Both the position numbers and the translations under genes were made by a program. From Gammaproteobacteria bacterium (GTDB lineage Bacteria; Pseudomonadota; Gammaproteobacteria; Steroidobacterales; UBA11654): DNA of 61,809 bases. Below, piece after piece: positions 39,951-49,112 of this stretch. The DNA lies in assembly GCA_029244925.1 (NCBI GenBank), contig JAQWQE010000051.1, positions 1 through 61,809 on the forward strand, read 5' to 3'. Positions within the stretch are counted from its first letter, which is position 1, and the number at the start of each line of letters is the position of its first letter. The notes beneath the pieces are model-generated. The model was given only the letters and a program-made list of their open reading frames with translations. It did no database searches and was not told where the DNA came from.

Positions 39951-41222
39951 TTACTGTCCAAAAAATCCTTTCAGAGCAAAAAAGAAAAGAATTGAAAGTC
40001 CAGCACCCACCGGTAATGTCACAATCCATGAAAGAATAATTTTCCCCACTACGCCTAAATTAATTGCACCTATTCCTCGAGCCAAACCAACACCTAGTAC
40101 TGCTCCAACTAGTGTATGAGTAGTTGATATTGGGAGACCAGTACCTGAAGCTATGACAACAGTTCCAGCAGCAGCTAATTCAGCTGCAAAACCTCTGCTT
40201 GGAGTAAGTTCAGTAATAGATCTTCCAACGGTCATCATGACTCTGTATCCCAGCATACCCAAACCCAAAACAATACCAGTAGCTCCAACTATTAAAATCC
40301 ATCCTGGTACTATTGATTTAGCAGCAACTTCTCCACCACTATCTATCACAGAGAATATAGCTGCTAATGGGCCAATTGCATTAGCTACATCATTGGAACC
40401 ATGAGCAAAAGCCATTGCACAAGCAGTGAAGATCATCAAGACGGCAAATATTCGTTCAACACCATCAAACATTGCTCCATTTTTTTCTTTTTTAGTATCA
40501 TCAATTTTTTGTAATAAGAGTGTCCCCATTAAACAAATAATGAGTGCAAAAACAAGAGACCAGGCAATGCTTTGTGAAGTTGAGAAGCTCAAGCCAACAT
40601 GCTTAAGCCCTTTGAGGAAAGTAACCATAGACACAACAAAACCTGCAAGGAACATGTACATTGGTACATACTTCTTAGCACTCATAAAAGGATCTTCTGT
40701 TTGTAGAATTAACTTTTTAACACTAGTAAACAATAGAAAAGATATCGTTCCCGCCATAATCGGTGACACCACCCAACTTGCAACGATGGATGCTACTTTT
40801 GGCCATTGCACTACATCGAATCCAATTCCAACAACTGCGAATCCAACTATCGCACCGACAATAGAGTGAGTCGTTGAAACCGGCCAACCAAAATAGGAAG
40901 CAATCAAGAGCCATATGCCGGCTGCCAATAAAGATGCAATCATACCAAAAACCAAAAGCTCTGGGGTTTGACTGATTACACCTGAATCAATTATGCCTTT
41001 TCTGATGGTTGATGTAACCTCACCACCAGCAAGATAGGCGCCTGCAAATTCAAAGATACAAGCAATTAAAACCGCTTGCGTTACAGTCAATGCCCTTGCA
41101 CCAACCGATGTGCCCATTGCATTTGCAACATCATTTGCTCCAATGCCCCAGGCCATAAAAAAGCCACAAAAACAGCCCATAATTAGTAAAACTTGACCAT
41201 AATCTGCTATAACATCAATCAT
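39951..41222 (-). CDS. PiT family inorganic phosphate transporter
   Basis: GANDVANAMGTSVG and HGSNDVANAIGP signatures; PVSTTH/PISTTH. Confidence 0.95.
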   Translation of the reverse strand: MIDVIADYGQVLLIMGCFCGFFMAWGIGANDVANAMGTSVGARALTVTQAVLIACIFEFAGAYLAGGEVTSTIRKGIIDSGVISQTPELLVFGMIASLLAAGIWLLIASYFGWPVSTTHSIVGAIVGFAVVGIGFDVVQWPKVASIVASWVVSPIMAGTISFLLFTSVKKLILQTEDPFMSAKKYVPMYMFLAGFVVSMVTFLKGLKHVGLSFSTSQSIAWSLVFALIICLMGTLLLQKIDDTKKEKNGAMFDGVERIFAVLMIFTACAMAFAHGSNDVANAIGPLAAIFSVIDSGGEVAAKSIVPGWILIVGATGIVLGLGMLGYRVMMTVGRSITELTPSRGFAAELAAAGTVVIASGTGLPISTTHTLVGAVLGVGLARGIGAINLGVVGKIILSWIVTLPVGAGLSILFFFALKGFFGQ

Positions 41223-41238
41223 TTCTTATTCCTTATAA

Positions 41239-41916
41239 CTATTTAGATACCAATCTTATTAATACATGCCCAACCGTTTGAGAAATATCAGCCAGCGAAC
41301 CAATCTTATTAATCACATCATATAAGAACATCACATCCACAGGCGGGTATTCCTTCTCTACTTTAAAAAATTCTGTTCTTAAGGCTATTTCCAATTCATC
41401 ATTCTCTTTTTCAATGTGTTCCAACTCTGCAACAATGTCTCCAAGCAAAGATGCATCGGATGCACTGAAGCCGGTCCTTTGCATTTGATCTACTTTTTTT
41501 ACTGCATTGGAAGCTTGATTAGCAGCTTTAATAGCGGCATTAGTGCAATTAATAAAACCTTGTTTAATTTCTTCTGGAATCATCATTTGACGTCCAATCA
41601 TAACCCCTGAAATATCTTTCGCGGCATTGGGTATTCCATCCATAGTAAAAACTAGGTCCAGAAGATCTTGCCTTGAAACACTCATGAAAAGTGATTTAGG
41701 AAGATTGTTACGAATATTATTCTTTATATCATCAGCTTGATTTTCCAATGAAACAATTTCCTTTCTAGACGCTCTAGCAGCTCGCCAGTCATTCTTAGAG
41801 ACCGCTTTTATAAATTTCTGTAGTTCTTTACTGGCTCTATTGCCAATTTTCATATGCTCCTGTAAACCAGAGAATGGAGACTCCGCGAGCATTCCTAAGA
41901 AAGTATCATTACCCAT
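41239..41916 (-). CDS. DUF47/TIGR00153 PhoU-like PiT accessory protein
   Basis: SPFSGLQEH, ENQADDIK..LPKSLF, PVDVMFLY..IGSLAD; upstream of PiT. Confidence 0.9.
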   Translation of the reverse strand: MGNDTFLGMLAESPFSGLQEHMKIGNRASKELQKFIKAVSKNDWRAARASRKEIVSLENQADDIKNNIRNNLPKSLFMSVSRQDLLDLVFTMDGIPNAAKDISGVMIGRQMMIPEEIKQGFINCTNAAIKAANQASNAVKKVDQMQRTGFSASDASLLGDIVAELEHIEKENDELEIALRTEFFKVEKEYPPVDVMFLYDVINKIGSLADISQTVGHVLIRLVSK

Positions 41917-41972
41917 TTTTTTACCTCATTTGTATGATTAAGTTACCGTTTTATTAAAATTCATAATTTCTT

Positions 41973-42443
41973 TTATTCAGTTGTTTCTTTATAAAGATAA
42001 GCCAATAAGTCACTTCGGTCATTTTTATTTTTCATTCCAGAAAAAATCATTTTATTGCCTGGTATCAATTCGTAGGGTTTTTCTAACCAACGATCAAGGT
42101 TATTAACATCCCATATAAGATTTGAATTTGTTAGTGCTGTCGAATAAATAAAGCCATCACTTTTTGCTGCCTTAGAATTAAAAACTCCAAAGAGATTAGG
42201 CCCTATCTTGTGAGGTTCATTTTGTTTAAGTGAATGACAGGCTCTGCATTGAAAATAAAGCTTTCTTCCTCTTTCAGCATCCCCAGTAGTAAGAGCTATT
42301 TCAGATTCGGGGTTTAAAAATAATTTTTCTGTTTCTTGATTGTTGGCTTCATCCATTTTTTGATCGCAACCGATACAGATTACAACCATAAGAATTACTA
42401 ATTTTTTAGTAGAAGCTATCAAGATACAAGAACCCCTCAACAA
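41973..42443 (-). CDS. Class I cytochrome c (c2-like), probable lipoprotein
   Basis: CRACH, KIGPNLFGV, PGNKMIF (axial Met); hydrophobic N-terminus ending CIGC. Confidence 0.9.
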   Translation of the reverse strand: MLRGSCILIASTKKLVILMVVICIGCDQKMDEANNQETEKLFLNPESEIALTTGDAERGRKLYFQCRACHSLKQNEPHKIGPNLFGVFNSKAAKSDGFIYSTALTNSNLIWDVNNLDRWLEKPYELIPGNKMIFSGMKNKNDRSDLLAYLYKETTE

Positions 42444-42486
42444 TTAAATTTTATCCATCAATTATATCAATATTTTTGTTGGTTAA

Positions 42487-43350
42487 TTATTCATATTCCA
42501 CAGGCCCACTATCCTCATTCATATTAAAAGATGAAAGTTCAGAATGTTCATTCATCATTCTTGAGTAATAATCACTAGGTAGTTGATCTATAGTATCTAA
42601 TTTCACACCTGAGGCATGCCACAAAGTATGTCCCTCAATATCACTCATGTCCATCCATGGCAACCATGGCATAAGAATAGTGGCTGTAAACAAACTAGAA
42701 AGAGAAGTAACGCTTTGATCCAAAAATTCATCTAATGGTGCAAACATGGTTAATCGCTGCAACCGAGGTTCCGATAATCCAGGTGGGTATGCAGTTTGAT
42801 TGTGCATCCAAACTGTTTTGGGGCCAAAAGTCCAATCTAAGATAAGAGGTTTATCCGGCATCTGATCAATGAAAGATGTAGGCCTTGCTCCCATTGAAGA
42901 TATATTCAATCCTCTACCTAAACTGGCTTTTCTAATATTCGGTAGAACTTGGTTCACTTTCCCAGTAAATGGATTTTCATACTCACGAATCATTTCATTG
43001 GAATCAATATCTCTAAAAAAAGTTAGCATATTCCCAAGAATTTCATACGAACCATCTTCTTTTGAAACCACCTTGTAGCTCTCCATGCCTTCAATATTAA
43101 CCATCGGTATTGGTTGTTCTGAGCCCTTCTGAGCATAAAGGGTACCGTTATAGTGCCATGGTGTTTGATCTATTTCACCTATATTGGATTGCATTCTCAT
43201 TAAGTTGATTAAATTGTTAAGCGGCAAATTTAAATCTGGAACATTCTTAGGAATCGCTCCATTCATGGCACCTGATGATTGATTGCTCGCCAACAAAGTT
43301 GCTGCGCCCAACCCTAATAAAAAATCACGCCTTAGAATTTTTTCTGACAT
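42487..43350 (-). CDS. Tat-exported DUF1838-like protein
   Basis: LRRDFLL Tat motif; NIEGME, FFRD..YENPFTG, PWLPWMDM..G motifs recalled for DUF1838. Confidence 0.72.
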   Translation of the reverse strand: MSEKILRRDFLLGLGAATLLASNQSSGAMNGAIPKNVPDLNLPLNNLINLMRMQSNIGEIDQTPWHYNGTLYAQKGSEQPIPMVNIEGMESYKVVSKEDGSYEILGNMLTFFRDIDSNEMIREYENPFTGKVNQVLPNIRKASLGRGLNISSMGARPTSFIDQMPDKPLILDWTFGPKTVWMHNQTAYPPGLSEPRLQRLTMFAPLDEFLDQSVTSLSSLFTATILMPWLPWMDMSDIEGHTLWHASGVKLDTIDQLPSDYYSRMMNEHSELSSFNMNEDSGPVEYE

Positions 43351-43365
43351 ATTTTCCCTTTGTAT

Positions 43366-45168
43366 TTATCTTGATTCTATATGTTCAATGACTTTATCTG
43401 CAAGAAATTCTGCAACTAATTGATGGTCTTCTTCGACTCTCCACATAGACCAAGTCCCATTATATTGTGACTGAGTTGGTTCTGTTTGACTTGGGGATCC
43501 CATTGTTGGATCGTAACCCAAGTGTCCAAAATGTGAAACATCAAAAGCCAATGAAGGATCTAGATCATTTCTTTTTTGATCCAATGCTGTTTGTCGCTGT
43601 GGTGGGTAAGGTTGATCGTTTTGACACCCTCCCATTTCAAAGCAGCAAGCTTCTGTTACTGATGGATCTTGCATACTCTTGCATACAGGATTAACCCAAA
43701 CACCCCAATAATCTGCAAATGGATGTCCAATTTTGGGATAGGTTTTAAAATCCAACACATTGATTTTAATCCAATTCATATAACCAATTTCTTTAGCGAT
43801 TTGATTGGGAACTTCAACTAAGTTCAAAACTGAATTTTCCATAATTTGAGGGAAGACAACAACGATATGATTCACATTATTTTTTCTTAATTGATCCAAT
43901 GCCTCCCAATATCGATACCCCCACTCTCCCTTTGGTCTCTCATTATCTGAATCGTAAAGAATGTTATAGCCAAGATTTTCACCCCTCATTTCTCTTGATC
44001 TCTCGATTGATGAGGAAGTTGATCTCCCTACTTTTATCTTTTCATTTTTCACCATATCTCCAAACCAACCACCCAATATATTTTTCGATTCCATTTCAGG
44101 GTATTTTTTGAGCAATTGTTTTTTAATATTCTTATTTAAAATCAATGTGTCATTTATTTTTGGATCAAACACTTCATTCAATGAAAGAATTCCATGATTA
44201 ATCATCAATACACCAGTATTCTCGATTGGAACCTCACTGTTGAGCTCCAATTCAATACCTTTGATGTGAAAGTCTGCCAAGCGAATATCTCTGATCACAG
44301 GATTGGGGTTATCCTTATAATTAACCAACGGGTTTGAAATGGGTTCTCCCAATGATCGAGTCCAGTTTTTAGGCTCTGTAGGAAAAGAATTCAACATAAG
44401 TTCATTTGGATCGTTTACCCATTCTAGTGAAATAGAAGTTTTATTTGTTTTATTAAATTTCTCTATAATTTTCTTTGCTTCAATAAAAACATCGAATGTT
44501 TTTGAGAATCTTGCGCCTGCTGTAGTTAAGTCAATCATAATCATTCGATCAATGTCGAGCTTAAGCAGTCTTTCAACAGGACCATCAACATTGTAACGAT
44601 CCGCTTCACAAGCATTCCAAGATGGATCGCCTGCGCCACAATAATTAAGCCTTACATCATTACCAATCTTTGAGTAATAAAGATTTCTTGGATTCACTAA
44701 TTCATATATATCAGGACTGATCCAAGTCATTTTATCCACAATAAAGTCAACGCCCATATTTTTTTCTTTATCTTGAAGTGACAGAGCTAATTGTTCTGTG
44801 AGAATTCTTTTTGATTCAGGGTAAGGATCAACACCACCAATACGTTCAAATTCAAAAGAATATTTACCTAATTCTTTAGGTGCATTTCCTGCTTTAAGAA
44901 TTTGAGACCAATATTCTGGATTCCATATTATTTGATTGTAAACCGGACTATTCTGATCGTATGAGAAAATCTGCATGGTGGATTCCCAAGTTTCTTTTTC
45001 TCCAAATGTTTCAAAACCACCATGGGAAACTACTAAAACTCCTATTCGTTCTCCTTTAATGGAATGATTTATTTGATCGCTATATTCAGAACAACCAGAA
45101 ATAAAAAAAATTAGGCTAATAGGGATTATAAACTTTAATTTGAGTGCAACTCTCGCCTTTAAGATCAC
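43366..45168 (-). CDS. Lipoprotein with ferrochelatase/class II chelatase-like fold
   Basis: Lipobox ISGC; GVLVVSHG, ERIGGVDP (cf. IGGxSP), GVLMINHG, HIVVVFPQIMENSVLNLVEV. Confidence 0.6.
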   Translation of the reverse strand: MILKARVALKLKFIIPISLIFFISGCSEYSDQINHSIKGERIGVLVVSHGGFETFGEKETWESTMQIFSYDQNSPVYNQIIWNPEYWSQILKAGNAPKELGKYSFEFERIGGVDPYPESKRILTEQLALSLQDKEKNMGVDFIVDKMTWISPDIYELVNPRNLYYSKIGNDVRLNYCGAGDPSWNACEADRYNVDGPVERLLKLDIDRMIMIDLTTAGARFSKTFDVFIEAKKIIEKFNKTNKTSISLEWVNDPNELMLNSFPTEPKNWTRSLGEPISNPLVNYKDNPNPVIRDIRLADFHIKGIELELNSEVPIENTGVLMINHGILSLNEVFDPKINDTLILNKNIKKQLLKKYPEMESKNILGGWFGDMVKNEKIKVGRSTSSSIERSREMRGENLGYNILYDSDNERPKGEWGYRYWEALDQLRKNNVNHIVVVFPQIMENSVLNLVEVPNQIAKEIGYMNWIKINVLDFKTYPKIGHPFADYWGVWVNPVCKSMQDPSVTEACCFEMGGCQNDQPYPPQRQTALDQKRNDLDPSLAFDVSHFGHLGYDPTMGSPSQTEPTQSQYNGTWSMWRVEEDHQLVAEFLADKVIEHIESR

Positions 45169-46736
45169 AAGCCAAGTGCTCCTGGATTCATTATGTTATT
45201 GGGGTCTAAAGATTTTTTAATATCCTGCAAGGCTTTAGCAGCCTCAGCTTGTCTCCCATTCTGATACGGATAGCTTTTTCCAACCTGAAAATGAACAGCA
45301 CCTAGACTTGAATAGATTTCTTGTACTCTAGTTTTCAGTTCAACAATCAAAGCTCTTCCTGCTGGATTTGCATCATGAGTGGGTAACGTGTCCAAATAAT
45401 CTTGATCCAAATAGGTTTTATGATAAATCGATCGATCGTCTTTCCAATAAAGAGCAACCTCATATAAAAAAGCATGGGTGGAGTAAGTGACAAACATAGT
45501 GCCTGCTTCAACTGAATGTTCTTCCATCGCCTCTTTCTTTTCTGCATAGAGTTCTTCTATACGGTCGTGCATTTTTTGCATTTTAGAAAATGGTAATAAG
45601 CCATGCATGGGAACCCAACGCTCGCCTTGCGGTCCCAAGATTGGATGCAAAGGCATAAAAGGCATCGCGCCCATAACAGTTGGAATTGTATTAGCAATCT
45701 CTGTTCCAAAGGGACTGATTACTTTTCTGGTTTGAGCAAGTTTGCTTTTAACTTCTGCCGTACTATAACCTTCAGCAACAAAATGTGCTGAGTAATCAAA
45801 CCCGGTTAAAAATCTCTTTCCTGCTAATGCCATTTTTATCAATTGAATAATTGCTTCAAGAGGGTTTCTAGCTGTTTTTAATACTGCAAAAGCTGCTCTG
45901 ATTGAATCCATAAATGTTACTTTACCTAATTGGCCGCGTTGTAATTTTGGATCCAAGCCCCAATTACTTGATATTGATTGCTCACGAGCGACAGCCGCCA
46001 TTCCCTGACTCATAGAGTTATAATTCTTAAACCCAAAAGAACAAGTAAGCGTGTGTGATGGCAACTTAATTAATCTCATGGTTATCTTGGCTTTGACTCC
46101 TAATGCGCCTGCATCTCCTGAGAATATACCTGTCAAATCAGGACCATAATTTCTAAAAAACTGAGAGCTATTCTCCATTGATGACGATCCAGTTTTGATC
46201 ATTTGACCATTGGCCAAAACAACTTCATAACACAAAATAGACTCCGCAGAACCGCCATAAATACCTGATCCCATACTCACACTATTTTGTGATGTAGAGC
46301 CGCCAATGGTTGCCTTCAATCCAGAAAATGGACCCCAGAATGGTGTTCTTAGGTTCTTCTCAGCCAAAGTCGCTGCCATTTCAGCCCAAGTAACACCCGC
46401 CTCCACAGTGACAAACATATCTTCTTCATTAATTTCCACAATCTTATTCAATCTAGAGGTATCAATAATAATGGAGTTTGGGTCTGTAGGAAGATAAGCA
46501 TCGGTGTAAGAAGCACCACCTCCTCTGGTCACAATTGAAACCCCCAAACCTGAAGCTATTCTAACTGTTTCTTGAAGCTCGCCTATATTCCCTGGTTGAA
46601 CAATTGCTATTGGGATCTCAAAAGAACGGTAGACATCCATCGAATAAAATTCAAGTGAATGATCATCAGTCAGAACATAATGTTCACCTATAGCCGCTTT
46701 AAGCACCTTAATAACATCTTCTCTGTCTTCACTCAT
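45165..46736 (-). CDS. FAD-binding oxidoreductase (VAO/PCMH, D-LDH/GlcD superfamily)
   Basis: VQPG, RGGGASYT, VEAGVTW, ATIGG, GALGV, LDPNNIMNPG. Confidence 0.9.
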   Translation of the reverse strand: MSEDREDVIKVLKAAIGEHYVLTDDHSLEFYSMDVYRSFEIPIAIVQPGNIGELQETVRIASGLGVSIVTRGGGASYTDAYLPTDPNSIIIDTSRLNKIVEINEEDMFVTVEAGVTWAEMAATLAEKNLRTPFWGPFSGLKATIGGSTSQNSVSMGSGIYGGSAESILCYEVVLANGQMIKTGSSSMENSSQFFRNYGPDLTGIFSGDAGALGVKAKITMRLIKLPSHTLTCSFGFKNYNSMSQGMAAVAREQSISSNWGLDPKLQRGQLGKVTFMDSIRAAFAVLKTARNPLEAIIQLIKMALAGKRFLTGFDYSAHFVAEGYSTAEVKSKLAQTRKVISPFGTEIANTIPTVMGAMPFMPLHPILGPQGERWVPMHGLLPFSKMQKMHDRIEELYAEKKEAMEEHSVEAGTMFVTYSTHAFLYEVALYWKDDRSIYHKTYLDQDYLDTLPTHDANPAGRALIVELKTRVQEIYSSLGAVHFQVGKSYPYQNGRQAEAAKALQDIKKSLDPNNIMNPGALGL

Positions 46737-46752
46737 TCCTTATTTTCTCCTA

Positions 46753-48423
46753 TTAATCAATGGACCACATAGATTTATCATCAGGTAAAAACTCTATCGT
46801 GGAATTTTCTAACAATAGATTCATCTTCTCGGCATAGTTCTCTTTCCCATTGCCTATCCAACTAAAAATTGTAATTTCTGTTTTAATATTTGCTAGATCG
46901 GGTTGAATATCATATCCGATAAGATCCTTTGCAACTAGCTTTAATGCTTCACCAGATTTTAAGGCATCGACTGTTCTTTCATGAACTAAACTGGGGTCAA
47001 TATCGGGTTCTCTTTTTAAGGCATTAGATTCTTTTGCCTGATGCCATGGGAAAAATAATTCACTATCACGAATAAAATACCAGGCCTTCAATAAATGTTC
47101 TCCAAAAACAGATGGAGATAAATCAGGTGCATAATGCTCTGAAAAATCTTCTCGTTCTTCTTTGTTCAGGCACCAAGGTTCTATCAACAGCAATCTTTTA
47201 ACATTCAAATCTGTGTGCTGACTCAATAAGAGAGCAATTGAACTTGATACACCTAATGAGGCGATCTCTATATTCTTTATTTCAATTGCTTTTAAAGCCT
47301 CAACAATCATTTGCATTATAGACTGAGGTGAATAATTAGTAAGATGAGTGGGTCCTGTCTCGCCATGTCCTGGAAGATCAATGAAGATTTTTCTATACTT
47401 TGGATTAAATCTATCACTCATATGAATCATGCTTTTTGACGATTGAGAGAAATCATGCAAAACCAACATAATTTCATCTGTTTCATCTCCATCGCTATAA
47501 TAAAACAATGGTCCTTTTGAAGTCTGGACAAAATTCTTCCTACCAACATTCATGCTGCTATCATCTTGATTCAGAGGACTATTGGATTCATTGGAAAATT
47601 GTTTAAAAATTTCTCTTGCTCTATCTTCCAGTGAAGGAGTGTCTGGTAATAGCTCAATTGTTACACTTTTTGATAGTTGCTTTAATCGTTTTGGGTGCTC
47701 TGCGATTGGGTCTCCTGCATAATTGAGCAGAAAGGTAGGGGTATTAATTTCTTGGATTCGCTCTCTGGAAGGATACATGAATGCTGCTTGATATGCGGTT
47801 TGAGATTTTCCAGTCGATCGCAATAGATCCAAGACATAAGGTTGAATGAATTTAGGATCAGGTAAATCAATATTCAATCTCACTTCTTTTTCTTTTTGAA
47901 ACCAAGGAAAGAAGATTAATTGTTCTCTGATGCGAGCCCATACCCAAGGTAAATGAGTGCCTTCTGGTGTTGGGGTAAACCACTGGGTATAATGTCGAAG
48001 AATTTTTTCTTCTTCATCTGGCTCTAGAACCACAAGTCCATTCACAACCACTGCATTGCAAAGATCAGGGTAGAGCCTAGCCATTTCTGCTGCAATAATA
48101 GCTCCAGTATGAAAGCCATAAATGCAAATTTGGTCCAAACCTAGGGCATCAGTAAATTCTTTTAGAGCTTCTGCATACAAAGTTATATCTGGTGTCAGAG
48201 TTTCAATATAATCGGATAAACCAAAGCCAGGTGTATCGGGTGCAATCACGGTAAAATCATTGGCAAAATCTTCAATAATTGTGGCTTTTTCAGCGGAAGA
48301 AGTTGGACTTTGATGCAACAACAATAGAACTGGGCCTGCTCCAGAAATACGATAATGAACTTGTCGAGAGTCTAGATTGACGAAACGTCTTTGAATGGAT
48401 ATATTTTCAATAAGCTGATACAT
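46753..48423 (-). CDS. Tandem alpha/beta hydrolase-fold protein, non-canonical
   Basis: LLLLHQSP..APDTPGFGLSD..YGFHTGA and LVLHDF..IDLPGHG; repeated W-x2-IR-x4-FFPW motif. Confidence 0.82.
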   Translation of the reverse strand: MYQLIENISIQRRFVNLDSRQVHYRISGAGPVLLLLHQSPTSSAEKATIIEDFANDFTVIAPDTPGFGLSDYIETLTPDITLYAEALKEFTDALGLDQICIYGFHTGAIIAAEMARLYPDLCNAVVVNGLVVLEPDEEEKILRHYTQWFTPTPEGTHLPWVWARIREQLIFFPWFQKEKEVRLNIDLPDPKFIQPYVLDLLRSTGKSQTAYQAAFMYPSRERIQEINTPTFLLNYAGDPIAEHPKRLKQLSKSVTIELLPDTPSLEDRAREIFKQFSNESNSPLNQDDSSMNVGRKNFVQTSKGPLFYYSDGDETDEIMLVLHDFSQSSKSMIHMSDRFNPKYRKIFIDLPGHGETGPTHLTNYSPQSIMQMIVEALKAIEIKNIEIASLGVSSSIALLLSQHTDLNVKRLLLIEPWCLNKEEREDFSEHYAPDLSPSVFGEHLLKAWYFIRDSELFFPWHQAKESNALKREPDIDPSLVHERTVDALKSGEALKLVAKDLIGYDIQPDLANIKTEITIFSWIGNGKENYAEKMNLLLENSTIEFLPDDKSMWSID

Positions 48424-48465
48424 GTTATCCTTTTATTATAACTCACTTATAGAGAAAGAAAGAAT

Positions 48466-49101
48466 ATGGCTATTATCCATAAATCCTTCCCAGTAGGGCC
48501 ATTGCAGTGCAATTGTACCATCATTGGTGATACTGAAACTCATAAAGGTTACGTTATAGATCCTGGTGGAGATCCAGAACTTATTATGCAATCCATTGCT
48601 GTAATGAATTTATCCATTGAAGGCATTTTTCACACCCATGCACACTTTGATCATTTTCTAGCCTCAGCTGAGATTAAAGAAAAAACTGGAGCCTCTATTC
48701 ATTTACACGACTCCGATCGATTTCTCTGGGATACCTTAGAAATGCAATGCAAATACTTCAATATTGAATACAAACCAACCCCTGCTCCTGACTTTAAAAT
48801 AGAAGATGGTGAAGAAATGAAATACTGCTCAGGCACCTGTATCCATACTCCTGGACATACGCCTGGGTCAGTCAGTTTCTATTTTGAAAAAGAATTACTT
48901 TTAGTCTCAGGGGATACTCTGTTTCAAGGTTCTATTGGAAGGACAGATCTTCCGGGTGGAGATTTCAACCAACTCAAAAAATCCATCCAAAAAAAAATTT
49001 ACTCTTTGGATGGACAAACCATTGTCATCCCCGGTCATGGACCTAACACATCGATTGGACATGAAATCGAATCAAATCTTTACGTACGATACAACAGTTG
49101 A
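48466..49101 (+). CDS. MBL-fold metallohydrolase (glyoxalase II-like)
   Basis: IDPG, THAHFDH, HTPGHTPG, SGDTLF, IGRTD, PGHG. Confidence 0.9.
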   Translation: MAIIHKSFPVGPLQCNCTIIGDTETHKGYVIDPGGDPELIMQSIAVMNLSIEGIFHTHAHFDHFLASAEIKEKTGASIHLHDSDRFLWDTLEMQCKYFNIEYKPTPAPDFKIEDGEEMKYCSGTCIHTPGHTPGSVSFYFEKELLLVSGDTLFQGSIGRTDLPGGDFNQLKKSIQKKIYSLDGQTIVIPGHGPNTSIGHEIESNLYVRYNS

Positions 49102-49112
49102 TTGATGCTTTG

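Noticed and set aside
40153-40869. Long plus-strand ORFs (83 and 147 aa) opposite the PiT gene, and similar antisense ORFs across the window
   Set aside because: Shadow frames of well-supported genes, with no motifs or convincing SD.
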